Shown piece after piece: positions 1-9,350 of a DNA stretch of 64,000 nucleotides. The notes under the pieces are model-generated. The model was not told the origin of the DNA. It searched no databases and saw nothing but the letters and a program-made list of their open reading frames with translations. Numbering within the stretch: the first letter of the stretch is position 1; each line of letters begins with the position of its first letter. The DNA comes from Patescibacteria group bacterium (GTDB taxonomy: Bacteria; Acidobacteriota; Terriglobia; Acidiferrales; UBA7541): contig DATKNR010000030.1 in NCBI GenBank assembly GCA_035541255.1, positions 4,171 to 68,170 on the forward strand, read 5' to 3'. Made by a program: the position numbers and the translations under genes.

Positions 1-2
1 TG

Positions 3-182
3 CCGTTTGGGGCGCCCGCCGCCCTCACTGTGGCCGTGGGCCTCGTGTGGCAGACGCAGATTTATGCCGGCGGACTGATCTCCGGACTGATCGGTCTTGC
101 CGCCCGGCGGATTTCCGGCCGCGTTCCGCGGCAGGAAGACGGAGTGGCTGCGGCACGATTGAAATCGGAGGGACAGCTGTAG
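3..182 (+). CDS. 3' fragment of an unidentified membrane-protein gene (truncated by window edge)
   Basis: Frame 3 is open from the window edge to TAG at 180-182. The translation ...PFGAPAALTVAVGLVWQTQIYAGGLISGLIGLAARR... looks like a terminal TM helix plus a basic tail. No family recognised. Confidence 0.3.
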   Translation, partial: PFGAPAALTVAVGLVWQTQIYAGGLISGLIGLAARRISGRVPRQEDGVAAARLKSEGQL

Positions 183-207
183 GACCTGTCCGGCCGGACA
201 GAAGGCT

Positions 208-954
208 TTACTTGAGAGCAACGGCGAACAGCTCAGCCAGCTTTTGAAATGCACGTTCCGCCTGAGGTTCGTTGTAGGCGCGGCTATCGGGAACAGTCCA
301 GCCGTGCAAAGCGCCCGCGTAGGTCTCACTAACGAAGCAGCCGCCCCAGGAACGGAGCTCAACCTCGAGTTTCGCAATGGCTTCGGCGGGCATGGTGCGA
401 TCCGCGTCGGCGTGCGCGAAGTAGAGTCGCGCCTTCACTCGCGGCAGCACCGAGTGCGGACTGGCGGGCGCGTCCGTGGCCAGCCCGCCACCGTGAAACG
501 ACGCGGCTGCGGCAATCCGATCCGGGCGGGCCGCGGCCGCGCGGAGCGCCATACTGCCGGTGAAGCAGTAGCCCACCACCCCCATGCCTCCGGGCCGCAC
601 GATGGACTGTCCGGCGAGGAAATCCACGTAGGCGGACGCATCGTCTTCCATGGCACCGGGCGTGAGCGGGGCCGCGAGTTCGCGGATCCGATTCATCGTC
701 TTCTCATTCCTGATGTCGGCCGGAAGATGGAAGAGCGGGGGTTTGCCCGCGCGGTAGAAAATGTTGGGCTGCAGGACGCAATATCCTGAGGCCGCGAGCC
801 GAGCAGCCATGCTGCTGGCCGCGGAACGAATTCCGAAGATGTCCGTAAGATGAAGGACGCCAGGCCAGGGCCCCGCACCCACGGGCGAGAAGAGCAGGCC
901 GCCCGCGACGCCCTCCGCGGCGGGAATTTCCACGGATTGTTCATTCACCTGCAT
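208..954 (-). CDS. dienelactone hydrolase family protein
   Basis: ORF 208..990. The internal ATG at 954 is preceded by GGAGG (tccgtccGGAGGcccggcATG). DLH-like motifs: GVLHLTDIFG, nucleophile elbow GYCFTGS, HADADRTMP near the C-terminus. Confidence 0.85.
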   Translation of the reverse strand: MQVNEQSVEIPAAEGVAGGLLFSPVGAGPWPGVLHLTDIFGIRSAASSMAARLAASGYCVLQPNIFYRAGKPPLFHLPADIRNEKTMNRIRELAAPLTPGAMEDDASAYVDFLAGQSIVRPGGMGVVGYCFTGSMALRAAAARPDRIAAAASFHGGGLATDAPASPHSVLPRVKARLYFAHADADRTMPAEAIAKLEVELRSWGGCFVSETYAGALHGWTVPDSRAYNEPQAERAFQKLAELFAVALK

Positions 955-1037
955 GCCGGGCCTCCGGACGGAGAATCCACCCTGCGGCATTCAGCCACGG
1001 GGATTTCCCCTGGTGCGGAAGATTCGGCGCGCGCCGT

Positions 1038-2393
1038 TCAGGTTGCGTTTTTCTTCCTGTAGTCCGCCAGAACGCTGGTGAAGCGGTCGAGGTCCGCGGG
1101 GCTGTTGTAGATGTGCGTGCTGATGCGGAGGCGGGAGGGAGAGGTGCCGCGGCAGCGCATCTTTTGCTCCGTATAAGCCCACTTCTCGAACTTCATGCGG
1201 TCGAAGCCGGGGAAATCCACGGAGCAGATGCCCGCGGTGAACTCTTCTCCAGGGGCAGACTGGAGCACTGCGCCGGGCATCGCGCCCACGGAGGCCTTGA
1301 CGCGGGCGTGCAACTGCCGGATTCGGCGTTCAATGCGCTCCGGTCCAATCGTCTGCCAGAACTGAATGGCGCCCATCAGGCCGGCGAGAATGCACACGCT
1401 GGTGCTGCCGAACTGCATGAGCCGCGCAGCGTGGTTTTTGTAATCATCCCATCCACCGGTGACGACGGTGCCCCACAACTGGTCGCTCGCCCCTTCACGG
1501 ATGTAGAGGATGCCGATGCCCTTGGGCGACAGCAGCCATTTGTGGGGCGTGGTGATGTAGAAGTCACATCCGATGTCGTGCAGGCGGATGGGAAGCTGGC
1601 CGATCACGTGGGCGCCGTCGATGAACGACAAAATGTAATTCTGGCGCGCCCAGGCGCAGAGCTCGCGAACGGGGAGCACGGTGCCCGTCATCGTGGTGAT
1701 GTGGCTGGCCATCACCACGCGCGTCCGCGGAGTGCGGGCGGCTTCAAACAGATCCAGGATCTGCTGTTTTGTGGCGGGCGGCTTTGGGAGCGTCACTTCA
1801 CGCACGACGACCCCGTACCGTTTCTGTTTCAGCAGCCAGGGGCTCTTCCCGCTGCCGTGCTCTTCATCCGTGTAGATCACCTCGTCGCCCGGCTTCAGGT
1901 CCAGACCGTTGGCGATGTAGTTGAGCCCTTCGGTGGCGTTGCGCACGAGCGCGATCTCATCCATTTTCGCGCCGACAAAATCCGCGACCGGCTTGCGGTA
2001 CTCATCCCACGGTCCATAGCCCCAGAGCGGGTACTGCTCCGGGTCGTCGGACGATTCCATCTGTTCTTCCTTCAGGATGCTCTCGAAGTAGGCGCGAAGC
2101 ACGGGCAGGGGGCACGAGCCATTGGTTCCGTTATTGAGGTAGATAAAACCGGGACGGAAGGTCCACTGCTTTTGCAGATCCGCCCAATAGGCTTCCGGAT
2201 CGCGGGCGAAGAGGGAATCGGCAGGCATGGCGGGCTGAGGCCGGCACAGAAACTGTTCAATGAGACCCTCCGGCTGCACATCGGCATTGGAGGCAGGAGA
2301 GCGGCGCGTTGGCGCGTTGATTCCGCTCCAACCGAGCGGCGGCACGACCGCAGCAGCTCCCAGAAATCCCAGCAATTCGCGACGATTCATCAT
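1038..2393 (-). CDS. class V aminotransferase / cysteine desulfurase-like PLP enzyme with Tat-type signal
   Basis: ORF 1038..2453. Start moved to the MMNRRELLGFLGAAAV twin-arginine signal at 2393, with a GGGGGGA SD upstream. PLP-lysine context TTPHKWLLSPKGIGILY and the overall class V fold-type pattern. Confidence 0.85.
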   Translation of the reverse strand: MMNRRELLGFLGAAAVVPPLGWSGINAPTRRSPASNADVQPEGLIEQFLCRPQPAMPADSLFARDPEAYWADLQKQWTFRPGFIYLNNGTNGSCPLPVLRAYFESILKEEQMESSDDPEQYPLWGYGPWDEYRKPVADFVGAKMDEIALVRNATEGLNYIANGLDLKPGDEVIYTDEEHGSGKSPWLLKQKRYGVVVREVTLPKPPATKQQILDLFEAARTPRTRVVMASHITTMTGTVLPVRELCAWARQNYILSFIDGAHVIGQLPIRLHDIGCDFYITTPHKWLLSPKGIGILYIREGASDQLWGTVVTGGWDDYKNHAARLMQFGSTSVCILAGLMGAIQFWQTIGPERIERRIRQLHARVKASVGAMPGAVLQSAPGEEFTAGICSVDFPGFDRMKFEKWAYTEQKMRCRGTSPSRLRISTHIYNSPADLDRFTSVLADYRKKNAT

Positions 2394-2494
2394 GGAATCC
2401 CCCCGGCGAACAGCCGCGAGGGCGCGGGGCGGCGCTCGTCCGCGGCGGAGCATAACAGAACTTCGGCGCTGCGTCAGTGCCGGCGAAAGGAATT

Positions 2495-3199
2495 TCAGGA
2501 TGCGGCGGCGCGTCGCTGGCGATGGAAGGATTCCAGCTCAGTGTTGGCGCGCACGATGGTTTCGAGTTTGGCGATTACGCGTTCGAGCTGCGCGCCAGGG
2601 ATCGAGAAATACATCTCATCATCGCGCAGGCCGGTGTAGACGCGGTTGCCGATGCAGCCGGCACTGGCCGCAGCCTGTCCATGGTCCGCAGTGACGGGGA
2701 TGAACGCGCACGTGGGACGTCCCATCACTCCTTCATGAACCGGAGCGCCGGCTGCCGCCGCGGCTTCCGCGAGCAACATGATGGCGCGCGCGTTGCCGCG
2801 AACCAGCACCGCGTCCGGCGGGAAGGTGGCCGCATCGAGCGGGGCGTATGACGCAATCTTCATAGGCTTGCGCCGCTGGGGAATCTGCGGAATCTCCTCC
2901 ATCCGGATGTATTCGAGCTGCACCATGGTGCCGACCATCCCTTCGAGCTCCTTCTGTTTCTCGGGCGGCATAGGGACGTTGTGCGTGTGGGAACCCACCG
3001 GACAACCCCAATGGTCCTGAGCCTCCGTATAGAACGACCGGCCCTCGGCCGCGAGCTTCCAGTAGCTGCATCCGGAGGCGGCGGACTTATCAATGCGCGT
3101 GAGGCCAGCCGGCGGCGCATCCGAAAAGGCGACTGCCACGGGACGGCTCTCGAGGTGCAGAAGCGCGGCCAGGCGCGAAGAAGACGCAGGGGCATTCAT
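2495..3199 (-). CDS. DUF169-like protein
   Basis: ORF 2495..3283. ATG at 3199 is preceded by AAGGAG. Cys/His-containing pattern (SGCSYWK, HWGCPVGSHTHN, RPTCAFIP, SAGCIGNRVYTG) as remembered for DUF169/COG2043. The family label is less certain than the coding call. Confidence 0.65.
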   Translation of the reverse strand: MNAPASSSRLAALLHLESRPVAVAFSDAPPAGLTRIDKSAASGCSYWKLAAEGRSFYTEAQDHWGCPVGSHTHNVPMPPEKQKELEGMVGTMVQLEYIRMEEIPQIPQRRKPMKIASYAPLDAATFPPDAVLVRGNARAIMLLAEAAAAAGAPVHEGVMGRPTCAFIPVTADHGQAAASAGCIGNRVYTGLRDDEMYFSIPGAQLERVIAKLETIVRANTELESFHRQRRAAAS

Positions 3200-3370
3200 A
3201 AAATTCTCCTTACTCGCGCCGCCCGCAGGGGGTGGGTTCGCATCCCGCAGCAGCGCGAGGCACGCCGGAGTATAGCGGAACATGGCCCGGACCGCGAAAT
3301 TCCACGGTGCTGCTATGATTCAGCTTTTCCGCAGGCAGAAAGCGCGGGGCAGCCGCGCGCAGGAGGGACT

Positions 3371-3883
3371 GTGAAGAGAAGCCGCCTCAGGAAGCATCCG
3401 TCAGCATCGATTCGTTTTCTTCTGGAAGCGCTCGACCAGGCCTACGATCAGCAGGCTTGGCACGGCACCAACTTGCGAGGCAGCTTGCGCGGACTGACGT
3501 GGGCTGAAGCGCTTTGGCGCCCCGCGCCGGGGCGGCACAACATGTGGGAAGAGGTGTTGCACGCAGCTTATTGGAAATACTCCGTCCGCCAGCGACTGAC
3601 GGGCGGAAAGCGGGGAACGTTTCCATTGAAAGGGAGCAACTGGTTTCCTTCTCCCGCATCGCCCGCCGGAACAGCTGAGTGGAATCAGGCATTGCGGTTG
3701 CTCAAAGAATCCCACCATTCGCTGCGGCAGGCGGTTTCGGAGTTTCCGGTGGCGCAGATCGAACGGCGCTTGCCTGGCTCGAAGTGGTCAGCGTTTGACC
3801 TCATTGTGGGTGCAGCCTTTCACGATATCTATCACGCCGGTCAGATCCAGCTTCTCAAGCGGCTCCAGAAAAACTCGACGTGA
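3371..3883 (+). CDS. DinB/DinB_2 family metal-dependent protein
   Basis: Only the 3' part of ORF 2981..3883 looks real. GTG at 3371 follows an AGGAGGG SD. His triad pattern (WHGTNL, LHAAYWKY, FHDIYHAGQIQLL) is typical of DinB_2. Confidence 0.75.
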   Translation: MKRSRLRKHPSASIRFLLEALDQAYDQQAWHGTNLRGSLRGLTWAEALWRPAPGRHNMWEEVLHAAYWKYSVRQRLTGGKRGTFPLKGSNWFPSPASPAGTAEWNQALRLLKESHHSLRQAVSEFPVAQIERRLPGSKWSAFDLIVGAAFHDIYHAGQIQLLKRLQKNST

Positions 3884-4324
3884 GCGCCCGCGCTGCGTTT
3901 TCGTGGGACCTCCGGATTTCACCCGTTGCAGGAATCCGATCCGGGTGCAGCGTCATGGCAGTTCCGCGACGCGCCTCATCCCGTCTAAATTTCATCTAAA
4001 CCGCCGGAGTACGGCCTATGCCCAAGGCCACGCCACCTAGAAGGAGCAGTGCGAGGAATTTTTCCTGCAAGAAAAGGAAGATCCCGCTTCCGGGGCCTGC
4101 GAGGCGGGGCTTGCACCTCACGAATTCTGGTAGGTATCTACAAAAAAACGAATATGGAAGTGCAACCGTAGATGTTTCCATCTCAACCATACCGCATAAG
4201 ATTTCGTCACTTTGAGTGAACGCGCGCAGCGGTTCTTGCGTCTAAGTGTTTAGAGAAGTTTTTCCCGGCATCGCCGTCTTCGTCCCCAGGGCGCGCAGAT
4301 TGCACATGTGGAGGGGTGGTTCCT

Positions 4325-6346
4325 ATGGACGGATTTGCCGGCAATGCCCCCGCTCATCTCGAAGACCCAGATCAGTCCGCGAGCGCAGAGGACGACCAAG
4401 ACGCCGAGCGGAAAATCCCGAATTCGGGCCGCGTCCGCTTTGGGGCGTTTGAAGCGAACCTGCGTACCCGGAAGCTATACCGCGGAAATGAAGTTGTCCG
4501 ACTGCAGGAAAAGCCCTTCCAGGTGCTGACCGCTCTGCTCGAAAGGGCGGGCTCCGTGGTGACACGCGAGGAGATCCGCGCCCGCGTGTGGCCGGATGAC
4601 GATTATCTAGATTTCGATGGCAACCTGAATACGGCGCTCAACAAACTCCGGCGCGCTCTGGGCGATCTGCGCGAGCAGCCCGCTTTTATCCGCACGATTC
4701 CGCGCACGGGATATCTCTTCATCGCGCCCGTCGCGGTACTGCCTGAAGAAGTCGCCGCGGAGAGTTCCGTTGAACTCTCCGAGCCCACCGCTCCCATTCC
4801 GCCGCCGGAGAAGACCATGGAGACTTCGGCGGTCGCCGAGGCGCGGCACAGCGCGGTCCGCTGGACTTATTTGGCGCTCGGCGTTTTGCTGTGCGGGCTG
4901 GGGGCCCTGACGCTACGTTTTCTGTGGCCCTATTCATCATGGGCATCGCGTCCGGTTACGGGAAGGGCGGTGCTGCTCGTGCTGCCGATAGAGAGTCCCG
5001 GAGGAGATTCCTCCAGCGCCGATTTTGCCGATGGGCTTTCCGACGCGTTGATTACGCGAATGTCCGGCGTCAATTCCAAGGACCTGGGAGTGATTGCGCG
5101 GACCACGGCGGCGCAATACCGCAACGCGCACAAGACGGCTGAACAAATCGGGCGCGAGCTGCACGTGGATTATCTGCTGGAGGGCACGGTCCGGCGGGAC
5201 GCGCAGCGCGAGCGCGTGTTTCTGTGGCTGGTGCGCACGAGCGATCAGGCTCCCGTCTGGGCGGAGACGTATGACCGGGGCGCGCAGGGAGCACTCTCCG
5301 CGGAGGATGAGATCTCCGCGCACGTTGCCGAGATCCTGGGAGCGAAATTCTTCGGCGGCACGGCCGGGGCCGCATTGCAGCCCGCGGGTTTGAATCCGGA
5401 AGCGCGTGAGGATTACCTGAGAGGCCGCTACTTCTGGAATCGACTGGCCGCTTCCGACCTGGAGAAAGCGCTGAGCCTCTACCAATCCGCGATCCGAAAA
5501 GAGCCGGCCTATGCCGAAGCTTACGTGGGAGTTGCGGAGACGTATGCGATGCTGGCGGATCAGACGGTGCGCGTCCCGGAACAGATGTTCCGCGCGGCGC
5601 GCGAAGCGGCGCAGACAGCGCTGGAACACGATCCCGCACTCTCCGAGGCGCATGCCGTGCTTGGGGCGGTGGCCTGGCAATACGATCACGATTGGGCCCG
5701 TGCCGATGCCGAGTTCGCCCGGGCGATCCATCTTTCGCCTTCCGACGCCACCGCGCGTCAATGGCACGGCGACTACCTGGCGGCGCTGGGACGCTTCGCG
5801 GAGGCGAACCGCGAGATGGAGGCGGCGCACCAACTGGACCCGCTCTCCCGGGTGATCACCACGGATCAGGGCTACACGTACTATCTGGCGCGCGACTATT
5901 CCCGTGCGGTCACCGCGTTCCGCGCAGCGCTCGAGCTGGACCCCAGCTTTTATGGCGCGCACATTTACCTGGCCTGGACCCGCATGCAGCAGGGGAATGG
6001 GAAGGAAGCCGCCGAGGAATGGTCCAGCCTGATGGATCTCCGGCACTCCCCATCCGAGCTTTCCGATTCCTTCCGGCGGGCGGCGGCGAAAGGCGATACG
6101 AAAGCCATGAACCGCTGGATCCTGGAGCGACAGCTGAAGCGGCGGGAGACCGGGTACAGCTCCGCGTGGCGCATCGCCACCGGCTACGCGGCGCTGGGAG
6201 AGAAGGACAAAGCGTTTGAGTGGATGGAGAAGGCGATCGAAGAGCACGATCCGGAAATTGCCCGGCTTCGCGTGGATCCCATGATGGATCCGCTGCGAAG
6301 CGATCCACGCTTCCAGGATTTTCTGGCGCGGCTGAACCTGCGCTGA
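4325..6346 (+). CDS. membrane-anchored winged-helix (OmpR/CadC-type) transcriptional regulator with periplasmic sensor module and TPR repeats
   Basis: ATG at 4325 lies 8 nt after GGAGGGG. N-terminal trans_reg_C pattern (VRLQEKPFQVLTALLERAGSVVTREEI...IRTIPRTGYLF). One TM (WTYLALGVLLCGLGALTL). LPIE..DGLSDALI module followed by repeated TPR-like A/Y/L helices. Confidence 0.8.
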   Translation: MDGFAGNAPAHLEDPDQSASAEDDQDAERKIPNSGRVRFGAFEANLRTRKLYRGNEVVRLQEKPFQVLTALLERAGSVVTREEIRARVWPDDDYLDFDGNLNTALNKLRRALGDLREQPAFIRTIPRTGYLFIAPVAVLPEEVAAESSVELSEPTAPIPPPEKTMETSAVAEARHSAVRWTYLALGVLLCGLGALTLRFLWPYSSWASRPVTGRAVLLVLPIESPGGDSSSADFADGLSDALITRMSGVNSKDLGVIARTTAAQYRNAHKTAEQIGRELHVDYLLEGTVRRDAQRERVFLWLVRTSDQAPVWAETYDRGAQGALSAEDEISAHVAEILGAKFFGGTAGAALQPAGLNPEAREDYLRGRYFWNRLAASDLEKALSLYQSAIRKEPAYAEAYVGVAETYAMLADQTVRVPEQMFRAAREAAQTALEHDPALSEAHAVLGAVAWQYDHDWARADAEFARAIHLSPSDATARQWHGDYLAALGRFAEANREMEAAHQLDPLSRVITTDQGYTYYLARDYSRAVTAFRAALELDPSFYGAHIYLAWTRMQQGNGKEAAEEWSSLMDLRHSPSELSDSFRRAAAKGDTKAMNRWILERQLKRRETGYSSAWRIATGYAALGEKDKAFEWMEKAIEEHDPEIARLRVDPMMDPLRSDPRFQDFLARLNLR

Positions 6347-6415
6347 TCATCCGCAGAACTGCGGCCCGTGCTATGCTCGCGGCTCGCCTCGAACGTTGCG
6401 AGGCGGCGAGGGGGA

Positions 6416-8272
6416 ATGGTCCGCCGCGCACTCCTGGCCAGCCTGATTCTCGCGGCTGCGCCGTTCCTGTTGCTGCCTTCGTTCGCTCCCGTCGGGAGCG
6501 CTGGTCCCTCCGGCCGCTTGGAAAAGCGCGATGTGATGATCCCGATGCGCGACGGGGTGAAGCTGCACACCGAGATTTATTCTCCGCGTGGGACGCACGA
6601 GCCGCTGCCTATTCTCCTGGTGCGCACACCGTACGGGACAGGCGACGACGTGTTCGGCAATTCCCGGCAACTCGGCACGTATTCCGAAATTCTTGCCGAC
6701 GGTTACCTCTTCGTGATTCAGGACATACGCGGCCGGTTCGGTTCCGAAGGGGAATTCGTGATGCTCCGGCCGCCGCGCGACAGGAGCGACGCGAAGGCCA
6801 TCGACGAGAGCACGGATGCGTACGACACGGTGGACTGGCTGGTGAAACACGTATGGGGCAACAACGGGCGCGTGGGAATCACCGGAATTTCCTACCCCGG
6901 CTGGCTGGCGGAGATGGCTGCCCTCGATCCCCATCCGGCGGTGCGCGCCGTGTCCGAACAGGCATCGATCGCCGACATGTTTCTGGGAGACGACTTCCAC
7001 CACAACGGGGCGTTCCGGCTGAGCTACGGATTCGAGTACAGCGCCATGCTGGAAACCACGAAGCGAAATTACGATTTTTCCTTCGACCAGGACGACACGT
7101 ACTACTGGTATCTGACGCTCGGCCCGCTCTCCAATGCCAATGCGAAATATTTTCACGGGAAGCTTCCCACCTGGAACAATTTCATTGCGCATCCGAATTA
7201 CGACGAATTCTGGAAAAAGCAGTCGCTGCTCAGCTACGTGGGCGAGCCGAAAGTTCCCAATCTGAACGTAGCCGGGTGGTGGGACCAGGAGGATTTCTAC
7301 GGGCCGATGGAGATTTACCAGCTGCAGGAAAAATACGATCCTCACCACTGGAATTTTCTGATCGCCGGCCCATGGAATCACGGCGGCTGGGCGCACGGCG
7401 ACGGCGCCACGCTTGGCCCCGTGGAGTTCGGAAGCGATACGGCGCGTGACTTCCGGCGAGAGATTCAAGCTCCCTGGTTCGGCTACTGGCTGAAAGGGAA
7501 AGGTTCGCTGCCATTTGCCGAAGTGCGCGCGTTCCAGACCGGGTCGAACCGGTGGATTTCCTACGACGCGTGGCCGCCGGGCGATTCCGTTGCACGCGAC
7601 GTGTATTTTCGCGAGGACGGAGGTCTCTCCTTTGAGCCGCCGGCCGGCACCGGCGAGGATGGATTCGATTCCTATGTGTCTGACCCGGCGGATCCAGTGC
7701 CGTATCGCCGCCGTCCGATACTTCCCACGTATCAGGGTCCGGGCTGGACCACCTGGCAACTGGAGGATCAGCGCTTCGTGGAACATCGGCCCGACGTGCG
7801 GACCTGGAAATCGGCGCCGTTGGCGGAGGATCTGGCCATTGCCGGCGATATTGTGGCCTGCCTCTATGCCTCCACCACGGGAACCGACAGTGACTGGATT
7901 GTGAAGCTGATCGACGCCTACCCGTCCGACAATGCTCCCGACCACGAGATGGACGGCTACGAATTGATGATTGCCGACGAGGTGCTCCGCGGGCGGTTCC
8001 GCAACAGCTTGGAGAAGCCAGAGCCGGTGACGCCTGGAGAAATCGCGGAATACCGGATCGACCTGCACACCCACGATCACGTGTTTCTTCGTAGTCACCG
8101 GCTGATGGTGCAGGTGCAGAGCACGTGGTTTCCGCTGATCGACAGAAACCCGCAGAAATACGTTGCCAATATTTTTCTGGCCGGCACGGGCGATTATCAG
8201 CGCGCCACACAGCGCGTCTACCGCAACCGGCGGTATGCTTCTCACATCGAACTGCCGGTTGCACCGCGCTGA
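6416..8272 (+). CDS. CocE/NonD family hydrolase (S15 X-Pro dipeptidyl-peptidase-like), secreted
   Basis: ATG at 6416 (MVRRALLASLILAAAPFLL signal) after a GAGGGGG SD. MIPMRDGVKLHTEIY, Ser elbow GISYPGW, and a C-terminal jelly-roll domain with the typical RGRFR pattern. Confidence 0.85.
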   Translation: MVRRALLASLILAAAPFLLLPSFAPVGSAGPSGRLEKRDVMIPMRDGVKLHTEIYSPRGTHEPLPILLVRTPYGTGDDVFGNSRQLGTYSEILADGYLFVIQDIRGRFGSEGEFVMLRPPRDRSDAKAIDESTDAYDTVDWLVKHVWGNNGRVGITGISYPGWLAEMAALDPHPAVRAVSEQASIADMFLGDDFHHNGAFRLSYGFEYSAMLETTKRNYDFSFDQDDTYYWYLTLGPLSNANAKYFHGKLPTWNNFIAHPNYDEFWKKQSLLSYVGEPKVPNLNVAGWWDQEDFYGPMEIYQLQEKYDPHHWNFLIAGPWNHGGWAHGDGATLGPVEFGSDTARDFRREIQAPWFGYWLKGKGSLPFAEVRAFQTGSNRWISYDAWPPGDSVARDVYFREDGGLSFEPPAGTGEDGFDSYVSDPADPVPYRRRPILPTYQGPGWTTWQLEDQRFVEHRPDVRTWKSAPLAEDLAIAGDIVACLYASTTGTDSDWIVKLIDAYPSDNAPDHEMDGYELMIADEVLRGRFRNSLEKPEPVTPGEIAEYRIDLHTHDHVFLRSHRLMVQVQSTWFPLIDRNPQKYVANIFLAGTGDYQRATQRVYRNRRYASHIELPVAPR

Positions 8273-8311
8273 TCCACACATGCGGCATGGCCCGCACGGA
8301 GGAAGAGCGAA

Positions 8312-8665
8312 ATGAAATACGCACGCTGGAAGGACGTGGAACTCGAGCACCTGAATCCACAGATCGACCGGCAAATGGTGGTCGGGGATCAGATCATGGT
8401 GGCGCGCGTGCTACTGGCCAAAGGGGCTCATGTGCCGATGCACAGCCATCAAAACGAGCAGGTGACGTACATACTGGAAGGCGCGCTTAAGTTCGCCATC
8501 GACGGAAAGGAGATCACGGTCCGGGCGGGCGAGGTTCTGTGCATTCCATCGAACATGCCGCACGAGGCCTGGGCCGTGGAGGATACGGTGGATCTGGACG
8601 TGTTCACGCCGCCGAGGGCCGATTGGCTTTCAAAGAACGACGCGTATCTTCGCGGCGGGAAGTAG
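8312..8665 (+). CDS. cupin domain protein
   Basis: GGAGGAAG SD. Cupin_2 motifs HSHQNEQVTYILEG and PSNMPHEA. Confidence 0.8.
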   Translation: MKYARWKDVELEHLNPQIDRQMVVGDQIMVARVLLAKGAHVPMHSHQNEQVTYILEGALKFAIDGKEITVRAGEVLCIPSNMPHEAWAVEDTVDLDVFTPPRADWLSKNDAYLRGGK

Positions 8666-8743
8666 GAGGTAGCGGCAGGCCTGGAGCAGGCAACGCAGAG
8701 CCGCCCGCGGCGTCTAAAGGGTAATAAACCCGAGAGGAAGACC

Positions 8744-9262
8744 ATGGAAAAACACACGGAAAACGCATCGAAACCAAGCCATAGCGCGGCCACGGAGAAG
8801 GCTATGTTCGGCGCCGGATGCTTTTGGGGCGTGGAATCGGCGTTTCGCGCCGTCCCGGGCGTGACGCAGACCAGCGTGGGCTACTCCGGCGGAAATTTTG
8901 CGAACCCCACGTACCAGGATGTGTGCTCGCACCGCACGGGTCACGCCGAGGTGGTGCTTGTGGAGTTCGATCCCGCGAAGGTGAACTACGATCAATTGCT
9001 CAACGCCTTCTGGGAATCTCATGACCCGACACAGATGAATCGCCAGGGACCGGACGTCGGCACGCAGTACCGCTCCGCAATTTTCTATTTCACCCCGCAG
9101 CAAGAGGCCGCAGCACGCGCTTCGAAGCAGCGCCTGGAAGCCAGCGGAAAACTCCGCCGCCCCATCGCCACGGAGATTACGCCCGCCGGGGAGTTCTGGC
9201 GCGCAGAGGAATATCACCAGCAGTACTTCGAAAAGCGCGGAATCGCGAGCTGCCACATCTGA
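8744..9262 (+). CDS. msrA: peptide-methionine (S)-S-oxide reductase
   Basis: Catalytic GCFWGVE motif and conserved YSGG..NPTY..VC...GHAEVV block. Confidence 0.95.
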   Translation: MEKHTENASKPSHSAATEKAMFGAGCFWGVESAFRAVPGVTQTSVGYSGGNFANPTYQDVCSHRTGHAEVVLVEFDPAKVNYDQLLNAFWESHDPTQMNRQGPDVGTQYRSAIFYFTPQQEAAARASKQRLEASGKLRRPIATEITPAGEFWRAEEYHQQYFEKRGIASCHI

Positions 9263-9350
9263 GTGGCAGGCCAGCCACTTGGAGGTACTCCAGCGCTGCG
9301 AGGCCGAAACGCTCGACGCAGGCGCGTGTTACATTGTGTAGAGCTTCGGC

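Noticed and set aside
1113-2639. Long ORFs antisense to, or out of frame with, recognisable genes. Examples: 1113..2639(+), 4937..6247(-), 6371..8374(-), 25153..26142(-), 27065..28423(-), 34693..36567(-), 38610..39923(-), 53431..55119(+), 59251..60810(-), 60722..61957(-).
   Set aside because: These are typical shadow ORFs of high-GC DNA. Their translations are Arg/Gly/Pro/Ala-rich low-complexity with no motifs. Each overlaps a gene with clear family signatures on the other strand or frame.
4055-4065. GGAATTTTTCC palindrome upstream of the wHTH-TPR regulator, and 'aataattcc' inside the FecR-like gene (about 16390), as extra copies of the locus palindrome.
   Set aside because: They lack the G-run/C-run arms and the positional logic of the four locus copies. 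They are noted as a warning that the core alone is not unique, so genome-wide enrichment must be tested.
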